Shown piece by piece: positions 88,445 to 102,634 of a stretch of DNA of 248,000 bases (position 1 is its first letter; every line of letters starts with the position of its first letter). The notes under the pieces were generated by a model. The model saw only the letters and a list, made by a program, of their open reading frames with translations, was not told the origin of the DNA and searched no databases. This DNA comes from Rhodosorus marinus CCMP1338 (taxonomy: Eukaryota; Plantae; Rhodophyta): positions 1,260,001-1,508,000 of the forward strand of contig JAMWBK010000001.1 of NCBI GenBank assembly GCA_029953675.1, read 5' to 3'. The translations under genes and the position numbers were made by a program.

Positions 88445-91400
88445 AGTAAAGTCCATGTGTTCGTTTACGGGAAGCGCTTCCCTGGTACGCCTTCCCCTCG
88501 ATTTTCCGCGGGGCGTCGTTTGCATTTGCAAGTACTTCTGTCTTCCGGGTGGGTGTGTTGCGGGGCCTTTCCTATTTGGGTTGGGTTTGGTCGATTATTC
88601 TCTCGGTGCGGTTTCATATTGGTGGTGCAACGTTTACTTTGCGCATTCCCTCAGGATGGTAGGGATATCTCCGCGCTCGACGGAGCCTCCTCCCAAGGAG
88701 GCACTGCCAGGTGGGGGACTCCGTGTTCGCATCAGCTGCGACACCTTTTCTTCCGAGGTTGACTTGGAAGGCGCTTCTGGCACCCAGGCGCGTGCACTTA
88801 TCTCCGCTGTCACCAGCCTGATCACGGCTGCGAGTGATCGTGGAGTGCTCCCTCAGCTCACCCAGAAGCTAGGTGGGCTGGAATCGGGATTGCTGGCCAG
88901 GTCAAATTCAAATTCGGACGAGAATTTGAATTGCCCCAGAGTGGCAGCGTTGGCTGAAGGCAGTCAACATCAGGTCAATCAACATGAACCTGTCCCGGGA
89001 CAGGCGAGGGTGGTTGCTTCTGCGCGGGACAGTACGACGTTGGGGAGCGGCAGGCCGGGCCAAAACGCGCTTCAGCGCTCGGGGACTCGAGGCAATGGTG
89101 GTGGTGACTGTGCGGCAACCGGTGTGGAGGAGACTGCAGCTGTGGACTTCCCTCTCTTGGACCAGCACTCAGGTGGTCACCAGCTCCCGGCTACTGCGGG
89201 GGCACGTGGTGGCCGCAAGGGGGGCGCTTCGTACGCATCAGTCTTGCGAAAGGGCACCACTGCCACACGTACGGCGGCTATGCTCCGTTTCATACCATCT
89301 CGCGAGCCTCAGGATGGACCTGTGGAGACCACTCTCCAATTTCTGTGGGTGCGAAATGTCCGGCCCCAGACTACACGAGGACAGGTTCCGTCTATGCGAG
89401 ACTTCCGGGACACTTTTGCGGAATCCTTAGGGTGCAGCCGGGGTGATTTCTTCTTCGCAAACTATGAGGGCCGCGATGTGCTGTTTTTGGTCTCCGCAAC
89501 CGCCGCCAAGTACCTGGAGGCCTTGCTGGCGAATCCTACCGAGCAGTGGCCTGAGGGCGCCAGGTGGCTGCGCTGCAACCCGCAGGTGGTTTTGCGCTTG
89601 GATTTTGACCGTTTCTCGGGCAATTTCCTGTCTCCGGGAGAAACGGCAGGGCTCTCTGAGCATGAGAGCAGCGTGAAGGCGGCAGCGATCCATTGGCTAC
89701 GGTTTCAGCGCCTTGAGAGGATCTTGTTGGAGCGGTTCCGGTCGGGCCCTCGTCACCTGCGCATGGCGGTGTCCAGCTTCTTCGATCTGGAGAGGCGACT
89801 TGTGCTGACTTCGCGCTACCAGACAGAGCTGCAGCGGGTGGAGATTTTGGAGGGCTCTGCTTCCAGCACCACTTCCAGCGAGAGTGGTGAGGCAGGGGAG
89901 CAGACTGAGAGCATGGCGGTGGAGGACGCCCAGGTTACTTTGCTGAAGCCCGCGGGATCCGTTCCGCGAGCCTCGCGGAGTGGGCGGCTCACGACTTTGG
90001 TGCGGATAGGAGGTAAGAGAGCGAGGACCGACTCCCCCGGGTCTAAGGGGGAGAAGCACGATTAGCGCTCCAGGCACGGCTGCGAGGTCGCAGCCTATGG
90101 ATCTACAGTCTTATGTCCTGAAGGAGGGCGGAGACTGGGGCATTTGGCGTACGCGTTTTCGGAGTTTGCTCCGGCGGTGGATTTCTTTGGAAGGAGGCTC
90201 GCTTCCCCTCCGTGGGGGCATTCCCCCAGTCGTCCTCCCTCGTGGAGACCTTCTAGTAGCTGGAACCATTCTCGATTTCATCTTCACGAGCCTGGCTCGT
90301 GAAGATTCGGGACACAGTCATTTGGGTTTTTCTGGGGGTCATGCCGCTCCTGATTCTGGCCCCCATTCAAACATCGGAGCGCAGATGGCGAGTACGAGAC
90401 CGACTGGCCCTGTTCTTGAAGGGAGACTTCGAAGTACTACAACGCAGCTATTTGGCGACGTCAGCACCATCCGCCCGTCGGACTCGGCATGGCACAGTGT
90501 CGCCCGTGCCGGCTCGAGTACAGAAATTGGTTACAGTGGGCGATTTAAGTCGAGCGGCGCGGATTTTGGAGGGCCAGGCGCCTGTCCTCCCCTACGATGA
90601 TAGTCTCACCCAGACGGTGTCGTCTTTGTTCCCTGAGTCCGACGTGGACTTGTCCCCTGAATTCGAGGTATTCTTGGACCGTCAGGAGTTGGCCAGGTTT
90701 CGCATCCATCTGACGCTCAGTGAGTCTGACCTGGATGATTTGCTTCGTACCTCGCGTCGGGGACGCTGTCCCGGACCCTCCGGACTAAGAACAGAGCTAT
90801 TGCAGGCCCTGAGCCAGCCTGGCCAGAGCGCGCTTCTGAGGATCCTTAACAAGTTGTTCCAGGGCGTATCGGGTGCGTGTGCGCCATGGGAACATCTCCG
90901 GCAGGCACAGCTTTGCTTGCTCACGAAACCTGACCACCAGCCGGCCCACCCGCGTCTCCGGCCGATCGGGATGGTGGAGAGCCTACGGAAGTTAGCCGGG
91001 AGGTGGCTGTGCCAGCGCCTTCGCCAGCGCGTCACAGCTTTTATGGCGCCCTTGCAAGTAGGGGTGGGATTTTCTGGGGGTTGCGAGCTGATCAACCATG
91101 GGATCGAGCTAGAACGCGCCAGTAGGCCGGAGTGGGGAGTCTTGGTGGTTGATTTCCGGAACGCATTCAACAGTGTGTCGCGGACGCATGCGCTAGAGGT
91201 GCTCCGACGGGTGTTTCCGGAGGCGTGGCCGTTTCTATCGGGTATTTACGGAGGGGAGAGCCTCCCCTACTTGACAACGGAGGGCACTGTTTTTCAGGCA
91301 CATACTGGCGTCCAACAAGGCGACCCTTGCGGACCTCTTCTTCATGCCTGTGACCTACAGCTCGTACTATTACGTCTTTCGACTGAGGTCTCGGATCTTC

Positions 91401-93725
91401 GAATCTGCGCGTACCACGATGACGTAACATTGCTGGGCACCCCTGACACACTGGCTAGGGGGCTGAACGAGATCGAAGCGATTGCACGTCGCGTCGGTTT
91501 GACTGTGGAAACAGAAAAATGTCGCTTTCTCCCCCCGAGGGACGTGTCGCTGGCCTCTCTGCCACCCACTCTGCGACTAACCAGCGAACGTGAAGGGTTC
91601 GAACACCACGGCGTCGGATTAGGGACTGACAACTTTGTCCAAGCATCCTGCGAGCGAGTTTTGGCACGGCACAAGCAACTCACCGACGCCCTTGAGCACC
91701 TACCCGACAGCATGCTGCAATCGACCTGCTTGCTTTCCCGCTTTTGTGCCAGTCCCAGACTCAACTACTGGTTGCGCAGCCTGCCTCCAGCTTGGGGCTC
91801 GTGGATCGCGGCTAAAGCCGACGAGATGACCCTGCAACACTGGGGAACGCTCTTGGATGAGCCCCTCGATCTTGAAGCTGCTCCCGACAGGGACTTGATT
91901 CGTGCACAGATCGCTCTACCGTTGCGAGTAGGGGGATTCGGCGTCGCAGACCGTGGGCTGGTATGCTCGCCAGCGGCGGTTGCCTCCTGGGCTACCGCGC
92001 TGCAAACGTTGGTGACCTTCCAGATACGAAGTGCCTGCCTCTTGGATCGAGCTTTGACCAACGAGGATCCAGTGACCCTGCCGCCCCCGCTTTTGACAAT
92101 TTATGATGGTCTTCAACACGCGTTCAGGAGGTGCAACGCCGTGCCGGACGCAAATCGGTCCCGCTTTCGTTCCTGGAGGGAGCTGTTATGGGGACGAGCT
92201 GAAGCGATTGAGGATTCTCCCCTCGACCAAGTTCTTGCCGATGACGGAGAGGCTAGCCCCGGGTCACCTGTTGCAGACTACTCGGTTTTAAGCCGATTGT
92301 GGAGCTCCCGCACTGATGTGATTCAACATAGCCTCACCTGAGGCCAACACAGTGCCGCTCACACAGTCATGCTCAATTCTCCTCTCACGCCGCCTACCAC
92401 TGCCGCTCGTCTCCGCGGCATGGGAGGCCACCTCTCGCACTTGTGGTTAACCACTCTACCGTCGTCATTGAGTCATCGTCTCGATGCTTTCCAGTTCCGT
92501 TCTGCCGCACGGATCTATCTCGGTTTGCCACAGGCTCCGTGGCACTCTAATCGGCCGTCTTTCTGTCAGGGATGTGAGAGCCGGATTGACGCTTGTGGCT
92601 ACCACTTCCTGGGTTCCTGCGGACTGTTGAGAGGTCTCCGTACGAGGCGTCACACTCGCCTCAAGTACATCCTCAGCGAATTTTTGACTCGGATAGGGCA
92701 TACGGTTGAGGTTGAGTCGGAGCTGCGCAGATCAATCTCGGACTCTGCACCGCCCCGTTGTATAACCGATCTCCTCGTCTCCGACGCTGCTGCCAGACGC
92801 TCAACATATGTGGACCTCGCGATTACCTGCCCCGTGGCCAGCGCCCACCTCACCGCAGCCGCCCGCCGCCGGGGGGCCGCGGCTTCAGCCCTTCGAAGAG
92901 TTAAGGAACGACGGTATGCTGAGAGCATGGCCAGTCTGCCTTGCGCTGAGGGTCGCTCTCACCGGTTCCAGCCATTCATTGTGGAAAGCTTTGGTCACGT
93001 TGATAAGTCGGGTTTAGAGTGGTTGCGGAAATGTTTTGCTGAACATCCTACTGAATATTTGGCGCTCTTGAGGCGTTTAAGTGTCTCCCTTTGGCGATAT
93101 TCCAGCGACATGCTTTGCCTGCTCGCTAGTTGCCCGACGGTGAAAGGTGCTCGAACCCGCCGCCATACACGGATCTTGAACCTGTTATACCGGGAACTTC
93201 GGCCTATAGTCCGGCAAGCCGGTCTGGAAATCGAACGTGAGAAACCTTTACCCGTCGCGGACTTTCAAAATGATGAACGCCGTGTAGCCGACCTGGTGAT
93301 CACCTGTGACGACAGCCGCCGTACCACATACGTTGATCTTGCTGTTCCTAACCCTCAAGCTAGTCGTTATCTCCCGGCTGCGGGGGAGCGCCGTGGATCT
93401 GCCGCCGCCAGCATGAGACGCCGCAAAGAGATCAAATACGCGGGGGCTTTGTCTTCCCCTGGTGTTCGTGCTTCGGCACTAGCCCATCGCTTGGTACCCC
93501 TGATCATTGAGTGCTTTGTGTTCATGGACTCTGTTGGTTCTCGCTGGCTTCGGGAGTTGTTCCGCGAACGCCCTGACCGTCTTCAATCGTTGTTTACCCG
93601 CTGAAGTTTCCTGCTGTGGCGCATGAATGCCGCTTTGATATTGGAGGCGCGAGTTCTTCGCCGCACTTAGTCTTTTTTTCCCCTCCGGGTTTTTTCTTTC
93701 AGCCTCCGATTAAACCATTCGTTCG
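88445..93725 (+). mobile_element. Near-full family A element fused in frame at its 3' end to a family B 3' fragment
   Basis: ORF1 88455..90065; ORF2 with a frameshift (~90300) and a stop (92339-92341); ORF 92369..93604 carries the A finger/RLE then the B RLE; 5' junction tag tatgctcagtaaagtcca. Confidence 0.9.
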
Positions 93726-93879
93726 CTATTGCGTGGAGCCCTTCGCAACTGCTCTGGCTTTGAATCGCTGAAAAAAACCGCCTAGGGCTTGCTTCATATG
93801 GAACACAATTCTCGATTGAAGAATTCCCCCCCCTCCCGCCCCCCCCCGCGGGATTTCTGACCCAACGGATTCCGAGGCT

Positions 93880-96800
93880 CCTGATTGCATCACCTGGGCA
93901 CTTTCGCACTCCTTCGCGCGATCTGACTTAATCTTTCTCACCCTTGAGGAGTATTAGGTTTGAAAAGTCATGATCGCTTCCCGCAGCGCTTCTTCCACCT
94001 CGCTCTTCTTCGTGACCGCGAAGAGCGAGGTCCAGCTTGCTGTCTCGCCTACAAAGACCGCGAGGTATCTTTATTTCCCCATACCAGTGGGGAACGGACC
94101 ACAAGAATCCGTATGCAACATCTCACTGGGTTCATCCGCATGAGTGACTACTTCAGGGTGCCTGCTGTTATTTTGGCCTTCGTGCAGTCTTCCCAGTCCC
94201 CGCCTCTTGCTACGACGTCGGTTATCCCACGTCTGGACAAGACGTCCAAAGCCTCTTCTCCCAGATGTCCCAATCGACGATAGACGATCTCTCTGGGCTG
94301 TCGCCTGTTGCCCGCGATATTTATCAAAGTCGATACATAAGGGGTGATCTCACGGCGAACTGGTCGTCCGTTCCAAGTCGACAAATCATTAGTGAGACGT
94401 TACCTTTACTTATTACTAATTCTTCGGGACCTTCGCTATGAAGTCGGAAAGTCCCTAACCGAAGATAGACTATAGACTACTTCAGGAATATAGTGGGATT
94501 TTGCTAACATAGCCTGATGCGCTACGGAAGACGCAAAAGTGGACGTCCTTCAATATCATTTCCGCGCTGAGCTTAGCGGGAAAATAATGTCGCCCTTGCC
94601 AACGGCGGGACTATGAGAATCGTTCCCGAAGTAAAATGGAGTCGGATGATCTCCTTGTAATTCTTGAGATACTTCCTCTCGTTGCAGACGTGATCCGTGC
94701 AGCCACTGTCAAGCCAGAAGTTACTCTCAACAGGGATAACTTCTTCTCGCAGCGAACTCGCACAACGAACTTCCATCTCCCCGGAGGGCACTCCCTCTTA
94801 AAGCGCCCTTCTTTTCCACATCTCTAACAGGTTGGCCTCTGCACAACCTGTGTCGCCAAGGCCCTTGTCGTCCGGGGATTTTCCTTCCTCCTGCTGCCAA
94901 GCCCCATCACGCTCCAGTAGCTCTCCAGTTCCCTCACTGTGCTCCCCACGTGAGTGGACTCGAGGCCCGCCACTGTAGATAGACGAGCTCCTGGAAGAAT
95001 TGCATTCCTTCCGAACGAATGGTTTAATCGGAGGCTGAAAAAAAAATACCCCGAGGGGAAAAAAAGACTAAGCGCAGCGAAGTACTCGCGCCTCCAACAT
95101 CAAAGCGGCATTCATGCGCCACAGCAGGAAACTTAAGCGGGTAAACAACGATTGAAGACGGTCAGGGCGTTCGCGGAACAACTCCCGAAGCCAGCGAGAA
95201 CCAACAGAGTCCATGAACACAAAGCACTCAATGATCAGGGGTACCAAGCGATGTGCTAATGCCGAAGCACGAACACCAGGGGAAGACAAAGCCCCCGCGT
95301 ATTTGATCTCTTTGCGGAGTCTCATGCTGGTGGCGGCAGATCCACGGCGCTCCCCCGCAGCCGGGAGATAACGACTAGCTTGAGGGTTAGGAACAGCAAG
95401 ATCAACGTATGTGGTACGGCGGCTGTCGTCACAGGTGATCACCAGGTCGGCTACACGGCGTTCATCATTTTGAAAGTCCGCGACGGGTAAAGGTTTCTCA
95501 CGTTCGATTTCCAGACCGGCTTGCCGGACTATAGGCCGAAGTTCCCGGTATAACAGGTTCAAGATCCGTGTATGGCGGCGGGTTCGAGCACCTTTCACCG
95601 CCGGGCAACTAGCGAGCAGGTGGGCGCCAAAATCTGCGTTGTCTTCAGTCTGAGAGCAGAGAGGGCACGACGAACCCATCTCGTACGGCCAAGGGGGCTG
95701 ATGTAAGCCGAGGTATAAGCGCAGTGAAGTACGCACTTCGAAATCCGACAGTGTGAGTGGCGGAAAGGCTGGTACGGTCATGAGCCACTGAGAGCTAAGA
95801 ACCCCTCCAAGACTACGTAGGCGGGCGCGAGCGCGAGAAGATGAGACCATCTGCGCGAGGAGTCGGCCATATGCAGCACGGTGCAAGTCCCAAGAAAGGA
95901 TATTTTGCAGCGCATCCGTGCGTGCTTGAGCTCGGCTCCCAGCGCGCTGGGAATCATCAGGAGGATCAACTGGAACTTCTTCTTCTGCGACAACTACTGG
96001 GTCAATCTCCCCTAGAACAGGTTCAGGCGCAGGACGAATCCCCGGGGCGGAGCCTCGAGAGCGGTCAAATACAGCTCGCCAGTCAGGAAGACGGGGTTGA
96101 ACGGTTTCGGGGAGACTAGTACAGGAATTCAGGGCGGTTTGGAGCTCCAGAAACAAGTCTTGGGCGCTTTCCGGTACGCTGGGAAGCAAAACACCCCGCG
96201 AGAGGCTCGCCATCAAATTGCGGAACTTCGAGATACCCAAGCTGCTCAAAGTGGGAAGTGCGGTTCCCCAGGCCCCTACTGCGGCTGCAGGTTGGACCAC
96301 AACACGATTGCAGAGGCCCAGTCCCCCCAATCGCAATGGGAGGCCTACCTGGGCGCGCACAACATCACAGGTGGGTCGCGGCAGAGCGCTCAGCTCTTCA
96401 TCGAGAAAATACCCCAGGTCACGGAAACTTTCAGCATCCGCACGAGTGGCCAACCACCGGCCCCAATGAGTTGGAAGTGAGCGAAGCCAATAGGTTAACC
96501 GCTGACCGCAACAATACCGAAACAGCAACAACGAGCACTGGAGAAAGCCCGGAGGTAGCCGTCGAAGCTCTGCAACCAGCTGTCTGTGCTTACCGAGGAG
96601 CTGCAGCAACTCGCCTTCAACGAAGGACGGCGACCCGTAGGGGATGCCTAAGTGGACAAAACCATCCGGTCTCCAAATATCCTGGAACGACGCAGGTACC
96701 TGCTGCTCTTGTGCAGCTACACCTCCCCAGTAGAACGATTTGTGATGATTAACCTCCAGGTCAACCCGTGAAGCCAAGGAGCGGAGACGATCATAAGCGA

Positions 96801-99800
96801 GCGCTAGAGTATCAGGGGGCCCCAGGAGGCACACGTCGTCGTGGTATGCAACCGTACGAACCTGCGGGAATTCGGAGCGAAGACAAAGCAAGACGAGTTG
96901 TAGTCCACAGGCATGTAGGAAAGGGGACAAGGGATCACCCTGTTGTACCCCTGTGCGCGCCGCAAACGTGTGTGAGGAAGCGCCAAGGGTGTCATAGGTA
97001 GCCCCACGACCAAGGGGAGAATAAAGTCTACTAACAGAGGGAAAGCCTACAGGGAAGACTTCGCGCACCACGTGCATGAGAGCCGGACGAGAGACGCGGT
97101 TGAACGCATTGGTAAAATCTACAGAGAGGAGCCCAGAATCTGGGAGTACGCCATTTCCGAACGGAGTAAAACAGACAACAACTCACAGCCACCACGATAG
97201 CCCACGCCTAACTGCACGTGCCCAAAGAAACGGCGGGATTCGGGAACCAGGATTTTCACTAACCATCGCGCCGCCAATTTGCGGACCACCTCAACCAGGC
97301 CAATAGGGCGAATAGCAGGGCTCGAGGCCGTGTGGCTGGGCTTCGAAAGCAGACACAACTGCGAACGCCCGACCAAGAACCACGCACACTCACACAGGGG
97401 ATCACCATTCACAAGCGCTTCGACCACCCACGCCAACGCCTTCAAACCTTCATCACTTAAGAAACGGAGATATTCCACCCGCAGCCCCGAGGGCCCTGGG
97501 GAACGGCCCTTCGGAGCATCATGAACCAACTCACGCACCGCCTCCAGATTGACCACTAACCGCGCACTGGGATGTGGCGCGGCGCGGTACTCTTCCAACA
97601 CTGATTCAAACGAGGAGTCCCAAGGGGAGCCTTCCGAGGGAAAGAGCAAACGGAGCGGTGAAGAAAGATCATCGGAGTATGGAACCACAGGTTGCCGCTG
97701 CTGGAGGATCCCGGCTGCCCGCCGCAGATCACCGCCCGCCACCGCGTGACGCGCCCGATTCTGTCGAGAAGCCCTAAAAGCTGAGGGAGCACTAGGAGAA
97801 AAGGAAGAGAGAGAAGCAAAATAAAGACGTTCGAGGTCCTCAAAGTCGCCGGAAAGGAACATTTGCAGTTTTCGGCGAGGGTGGACCCGGCGAGGATGTG
97901 GGTTGAGGGGGACGGTAGAGGAGGTGAGCACGAGGCGGGGAAAAAAGAACAAGAGTTCCCAGCGAAGAGAGCAGTGAGGGTTCGCGGCGACCTGCTGCCA
98001 GAGAAAATCCAACACCAATCCTAGGGGCTTATGAAGTCGACGAGGGAGCCGTACGGCCGTGCTCTGACGACAAAGGGGAAGGGAACCGTCCGGGTAGGAG
98101 GCGACAAGGTGCGAAAACCACGAGAGGACACGCTCATGCCAGGCTGAGCGGTCACTGGTAAACAGGGGTAACCGGGACGACACGCACGCGGAGGAGGAAG
98201 ACTCAGACATCGGGCCTCCCCTCAGTCGGGAAGGCAGATCGAATATCCGGAGGAGGTGCCTCGGAGGGAGGCTCAGGAGCCGCACGACGCTTACGTGGGG
98301 GGCGCACGAAGGAACTAAAAGACCTGAAGAAAGTAGACACAGGGTTTTCAGCAGCGGAGTCTTGACTGAGGGTGTCCAGAGCCAGCGGATTCGGAGAGGC
98401 CGATGGTGCTCCTGCCATGTCGGTGTCACGAGCCTCGGAGACAGGGTGAGGGGAGGAAGGGTGCTCAAGAGTCGGCGGCAGAAGGTCAAACGCAGGGTGG
98501 GCTTCCAGCAGGGTGGCCTCAGTGGAGAGGAAGGCCTCTAGCGCGGTGCGGAGGACCCCGCGAGGAGGAAAACGCGCGAAGAGGCTCGCCTGTATGCGCG
98601 AAAGCCGCGCCGCATGAGTGTGTAGCGCGACAACCGAAGCCTGCGAGGCATCCAGGTTTTGCAAGGCCGACGGAGGAACCCAGCCGGCGTCAAAACGATC
98701 GAACTCGACAAACAAAGAGACATGAGGACGAGTCAGTATCATGTTGGCCAGAGCAGAGCGCTGGGGCGCGGGGGTGGTTACAAGCGATTGAAGGAACTGG
98801 TAAGCCGAGTCAGTAACAAGAAAACAGGCATGAGGGCCCGTGAAGTCCACATATAGGAATTCAGATGGGGCGACCCCAAGGGAGGAAGCCATGGTGTCGC
98901 GAAAATCGCGGTAGTGGACGGGCGCGCGGCCCCGACCACGAGAGGGGGTCTGGGGACGCACGTTCGTCATCCAAACAAAGTGGAACGGAGATAGTTGGCG
99001 AGAAGAGTCAATAGGGATGTGTTGTGGCATCATACGCACCATTGCCGTCGTGCGTTGTTCAGGAGAGCCCCTGCGCAGGACCTGCGAATAGGTCGCACGT
99101 GGGGCACTGGAGGGAGCAGGATTCGGGCCCGACGCGGGCCCAGGAGGCGTCTGTCCTTGAATAGGGGTAGGCCAGTCGGAATCAGGAATGACCGGAGCGG
99201 AGCGCTCGGGTCGGGTGGAGGCAGGCCCCGCTGTACCGTGCGGATCCGCGGGGACGGGCACCGGGGGGTATGGGGCAGGCGCGGAGGCGGAGAAGCGCTC
99301 CAAATAGGCGATCAGCAGGGGAAGGCGGTGTTCCTGGGAAGCAGTCACAAGAAGACTCGTCAGTTTCGAGCAGATCCCATGGGCCAACTCGTCAGCGCAG
99401 TCCGTGAGGGTGGCCGCGGTACTAAACCCGCCCACGCTGAGCTCCACACGCGCTGAGAGAACGGCTCCGTCCGCCGGAATGGGTGGGGAAACCCCAACCA
99501 TAACGATTGGAAGGTGTGAAAAACCGATTCCCCCACGAAACCCCCAAAAAGAGAACTTGTTCCCAACGTTTGCAACCAAAGAAAAACCACCACGACCTCC
99601 AAGGGGCGCTAGCAACCCCCAGCACGCACCACACCACTAGAAGATGCGGGGGAAAGGCTGCAGAAAGAAGCGCCTCCCACCAAAGAACACAATTGCGACT
99701 CAAAACCACCAAAAGCCAGCACCATACACCCTCACGAAACCGAAAACTCTCGCGCCTTCCAAGGCACTCCTCAGAATACGAGCTTTTCATCTTCTCTGAG

Positions 99801-100470
99801 CTCCTCCTGGGTAAATTCCGTGATCTCCGTGAACTCATCCTCGAAGAATTGGATGAGGTCGCAACCACGGGTTCCCCTGATCTTAGGCGTCTGTGGCAAA
99901 AGCCTCGTCCAGACGGCATCTGCAGTTCCCCCCTGCCTGTAATCGTACGGATCCAGGAGGATCAACCAAGACCGGCTGGGGTCCAGTTGCGCCCTCCACA
100001 TCGCAACGTCAAGTGCTGGGCCCTGCAGCGTAGATGAGAGGACTGCCATCACAAACCTGCCCCCCGTGGAGTTCGTGTCCAGCTCCTCACTCCAGGCGAT
100101 AGCATCGGCATAGTTGTGCAAGTTCAGGTACGCAAGTATCTGAAACTTTCATCTACCGAACGACGACTTGTCCCTTCTCTCCCCGAGAAGGGTTCAGGCA
100201 TCAACATTCTTAACCTCCGTGGCAAACCGCCACCCTCTCTTTCCTCCCTCGCCATTACGACAAAGAAAAAGAACTAACCTAATGCCTTTGCGATGAGACC
100301 ATGTTCCCCCCCCAAATTTTCGCCAGCACCGGTACCCCTTCTTTATTGAGCACTAACGCGCTGCGAACCTACAATTCATTAAGTACTCGATCGGTTAGTC
100401 CGCCGTAGTACGACGAGGATGGATCATCCAGATCAATCACGATACAACCGTCTGCGTTGCTACATACCGG
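93880..100470 (-). mobile_element. Decayed Copia element (LTR, PBS, gag, protease, integrase) interrupted by full-length family B
   Basis: LTR from 100302; PBS gcgatgagacca 100290-100301; gag LQGPALDVA; FWLDSGCTDHVCN; RRLGHLGEEAL..CTKAK. Confidence 0.8.
95012..99750 (-). mobile_element. Family B RLE retrotransposon, full length
   Basis: ORF1 98203..99615 (WMTNVRPQT); ORF2 from ATG 98210 overlapping the ORF1 stop, 1-nt frameshift near 97130, RT AYHDD, CCHC, RLE to 95068. Confidence 0.93.
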
Positions 100471-101069
100471 GTATCTACTGGGCTTTACTAGGTATCTACT
100501 AACTACTTATGCTACTGCCTACTACCGCCAGTACCCGCTTAGGTCTGATCACGAATGACCTCACCTACCAACACCTGAGAACTGATATTCTATGCTCTGT
100601 CTGTAGCAAGAGGTGCAAAATCGAAACGACTCCAAACAGCATGAAGACTTGTCAGTTGCTGATACAGTTGCCATCCCGTCACATGGCCCTGAAACGTGTT
100701 GACGGAGGTAATCAACGTGAAACCCTAGAAAAGGAACAAGGCGTGTTGAATCAAGACACATATGTGTAGACTCTGAGGTGACTTAGAAGAGTCGGAGGAA
100801 ACCAAGCACGGTACCTATATAAGCCAAACTCACCGGCATACTAGTGAGGGATACTCCAAGACAAGAAACAAGAGACACAACAAGCGTCAACTCTGAGGTG
100901 ACTTCGGAGAGTTGGAGGAAACCAAGTGATACCCATATGAGCCAAACTCAACGCATCCTAGTCAGGGATACTCCGAGACAAGCAATAAGAGATGTAACAA
101001 GTAAGGACACAAATACCTGATTTTGTTAACAGGTTATCTGGGGTTAGGGTACAACGGTTTCATCACTGC

Positions 101070-102630
101070 CCAACATCAACTGGACTGTGGCAACGTCGGC
101101 ATGACGAAATCTGCAGAGAGCTGGCACGGTGGCTAAGGCGATGGAACTTCATGGACGTAGAGCAAGAACCTGAGGGGTACTTCGAGAACTACGGACTGCG
101201 ACCTGATATCGTTGCTAGGCATCCGAGGACCAAACAAAGGTATGCGCTGGATGTGACGGTGGTGTCACCATTACAGGGAAAATATTTGCGGCGGAGCCAA
101301 GATGATAGCGGATACGCGGCGAGAGCTGCGGAGAAGTGGAAAATCGCTCACTACAAAGAAGCGATGGTGATCGAGAAACCGGATGATAAGTTCATCCCGA
101401 TAGCGATAGAGACGTTTGGGCGTACGGGGCAAATGGCACAAGAGTTCCTCCGCGACAGCTGCAAACACCTACTGCACAGGAGTGAGGAGCTGAGAGACGT
101501 GAGATCCCAGATAAAACGGCAACTATGGCGAGGTAACGCAGAGATAGCATTAGGCGCTTTGCGCGTGGACCAGCTGGATTACTGGCATAGCCTGAAGCGC
101601 TACGCAAGGCGTGAAGATGAACAAATAACTAGGGAGGGAAGTATGCAACCCCAGGCGCCGATGGCGCGCCTCGGAAAGCATGTCGCTGGAATATCGCCAA
101701 AGGGAGACACTTAAACGCCTCAAGAGCGCCAAATATTCAGTAGGATGCTCAGCAAAACATTTCCGCAACCACTCTAAACCCGACTTATCGACGTGACCAA
101801 AGCTTTCCACAATGAATGGCTGGAACCGGTGAGAGCGACCCTCAGTGCAAGGCAGACTGGCCATGCTCTCAGCATACCGTCGTTCCTTAACTCTTCGAAG
101901 GGCTGAAGCCGCGGCCCCCCGGCGGCGGGCGGCTGCGGTGAGGTGGGCGCTGGCCACGGGGCAGGTAATCGCAAGGTCCACATATGTTGAGCGTCTGGCA
102001 GCAGCGTCAGAGACGAGGAGATCGGCTATACAACGGGGCGGTGCAGAGTCCGAGATTGATCTGGGCAGTTCCGACTCAACCTCAACCGTATGCCCTATTC
102101 GAGTCAAAAATTCGCTGAGGATGTACTTGAGGCGAGTGTGACGCCTCGTACGGAGACCTCGCAACAGTCCGCAGGAACCCAGGAAGTGGTAGCCACAAGC
102201 GTCAATCCGGCTCTCACATCCCTGACAGAAAGACGGCCGATTAGAGTGCCACGGAGCCTGTGGCAAACCGAGATAGATCCGTGCGGCAGAACGGAACTGG
102301 AAAGCATCGAGACGATGACTCAATGACGACGGTAGAGTGGTTAACCACAAGTGCGAGAGGTGGCCTCCCATGCCGCGGAGACGAGCGGCAGTGGTAGGCG
102401 GCGTGAGAGGAGAATTGAGCATGACTGTGTGAGCGGCACTGTGTTGGCCCCAGGTGAGGCTATGTTGACCAGCTGGAGAATCCGCTGGTGCCTGTTTTTT
102501 CTTTTGAACGTAGCATGAGACCCCGGTAGCGGGGTTCCAATAAGTTTCTCCCTAGATAGGATTAGACGTAGTGTTGCGCTGCAGTAGGCAGCTGCCCAGT
102601 AAAGCTTACGGTTACGTTAGTCTGGGGTTC
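101070..102630. mobile_element. Family C 3' part (plus) split by an inverted family A 3' fragment (101580-102470)
   Basis: YGLRPDIVARHP..YALDVTV..FIPIAIETFG; gaccagctgga on both sides of the A insert; C tail ttacggttacgttagtctgggg. Confidence 0.85.
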
Positions 102631-102634
102631 CTAG

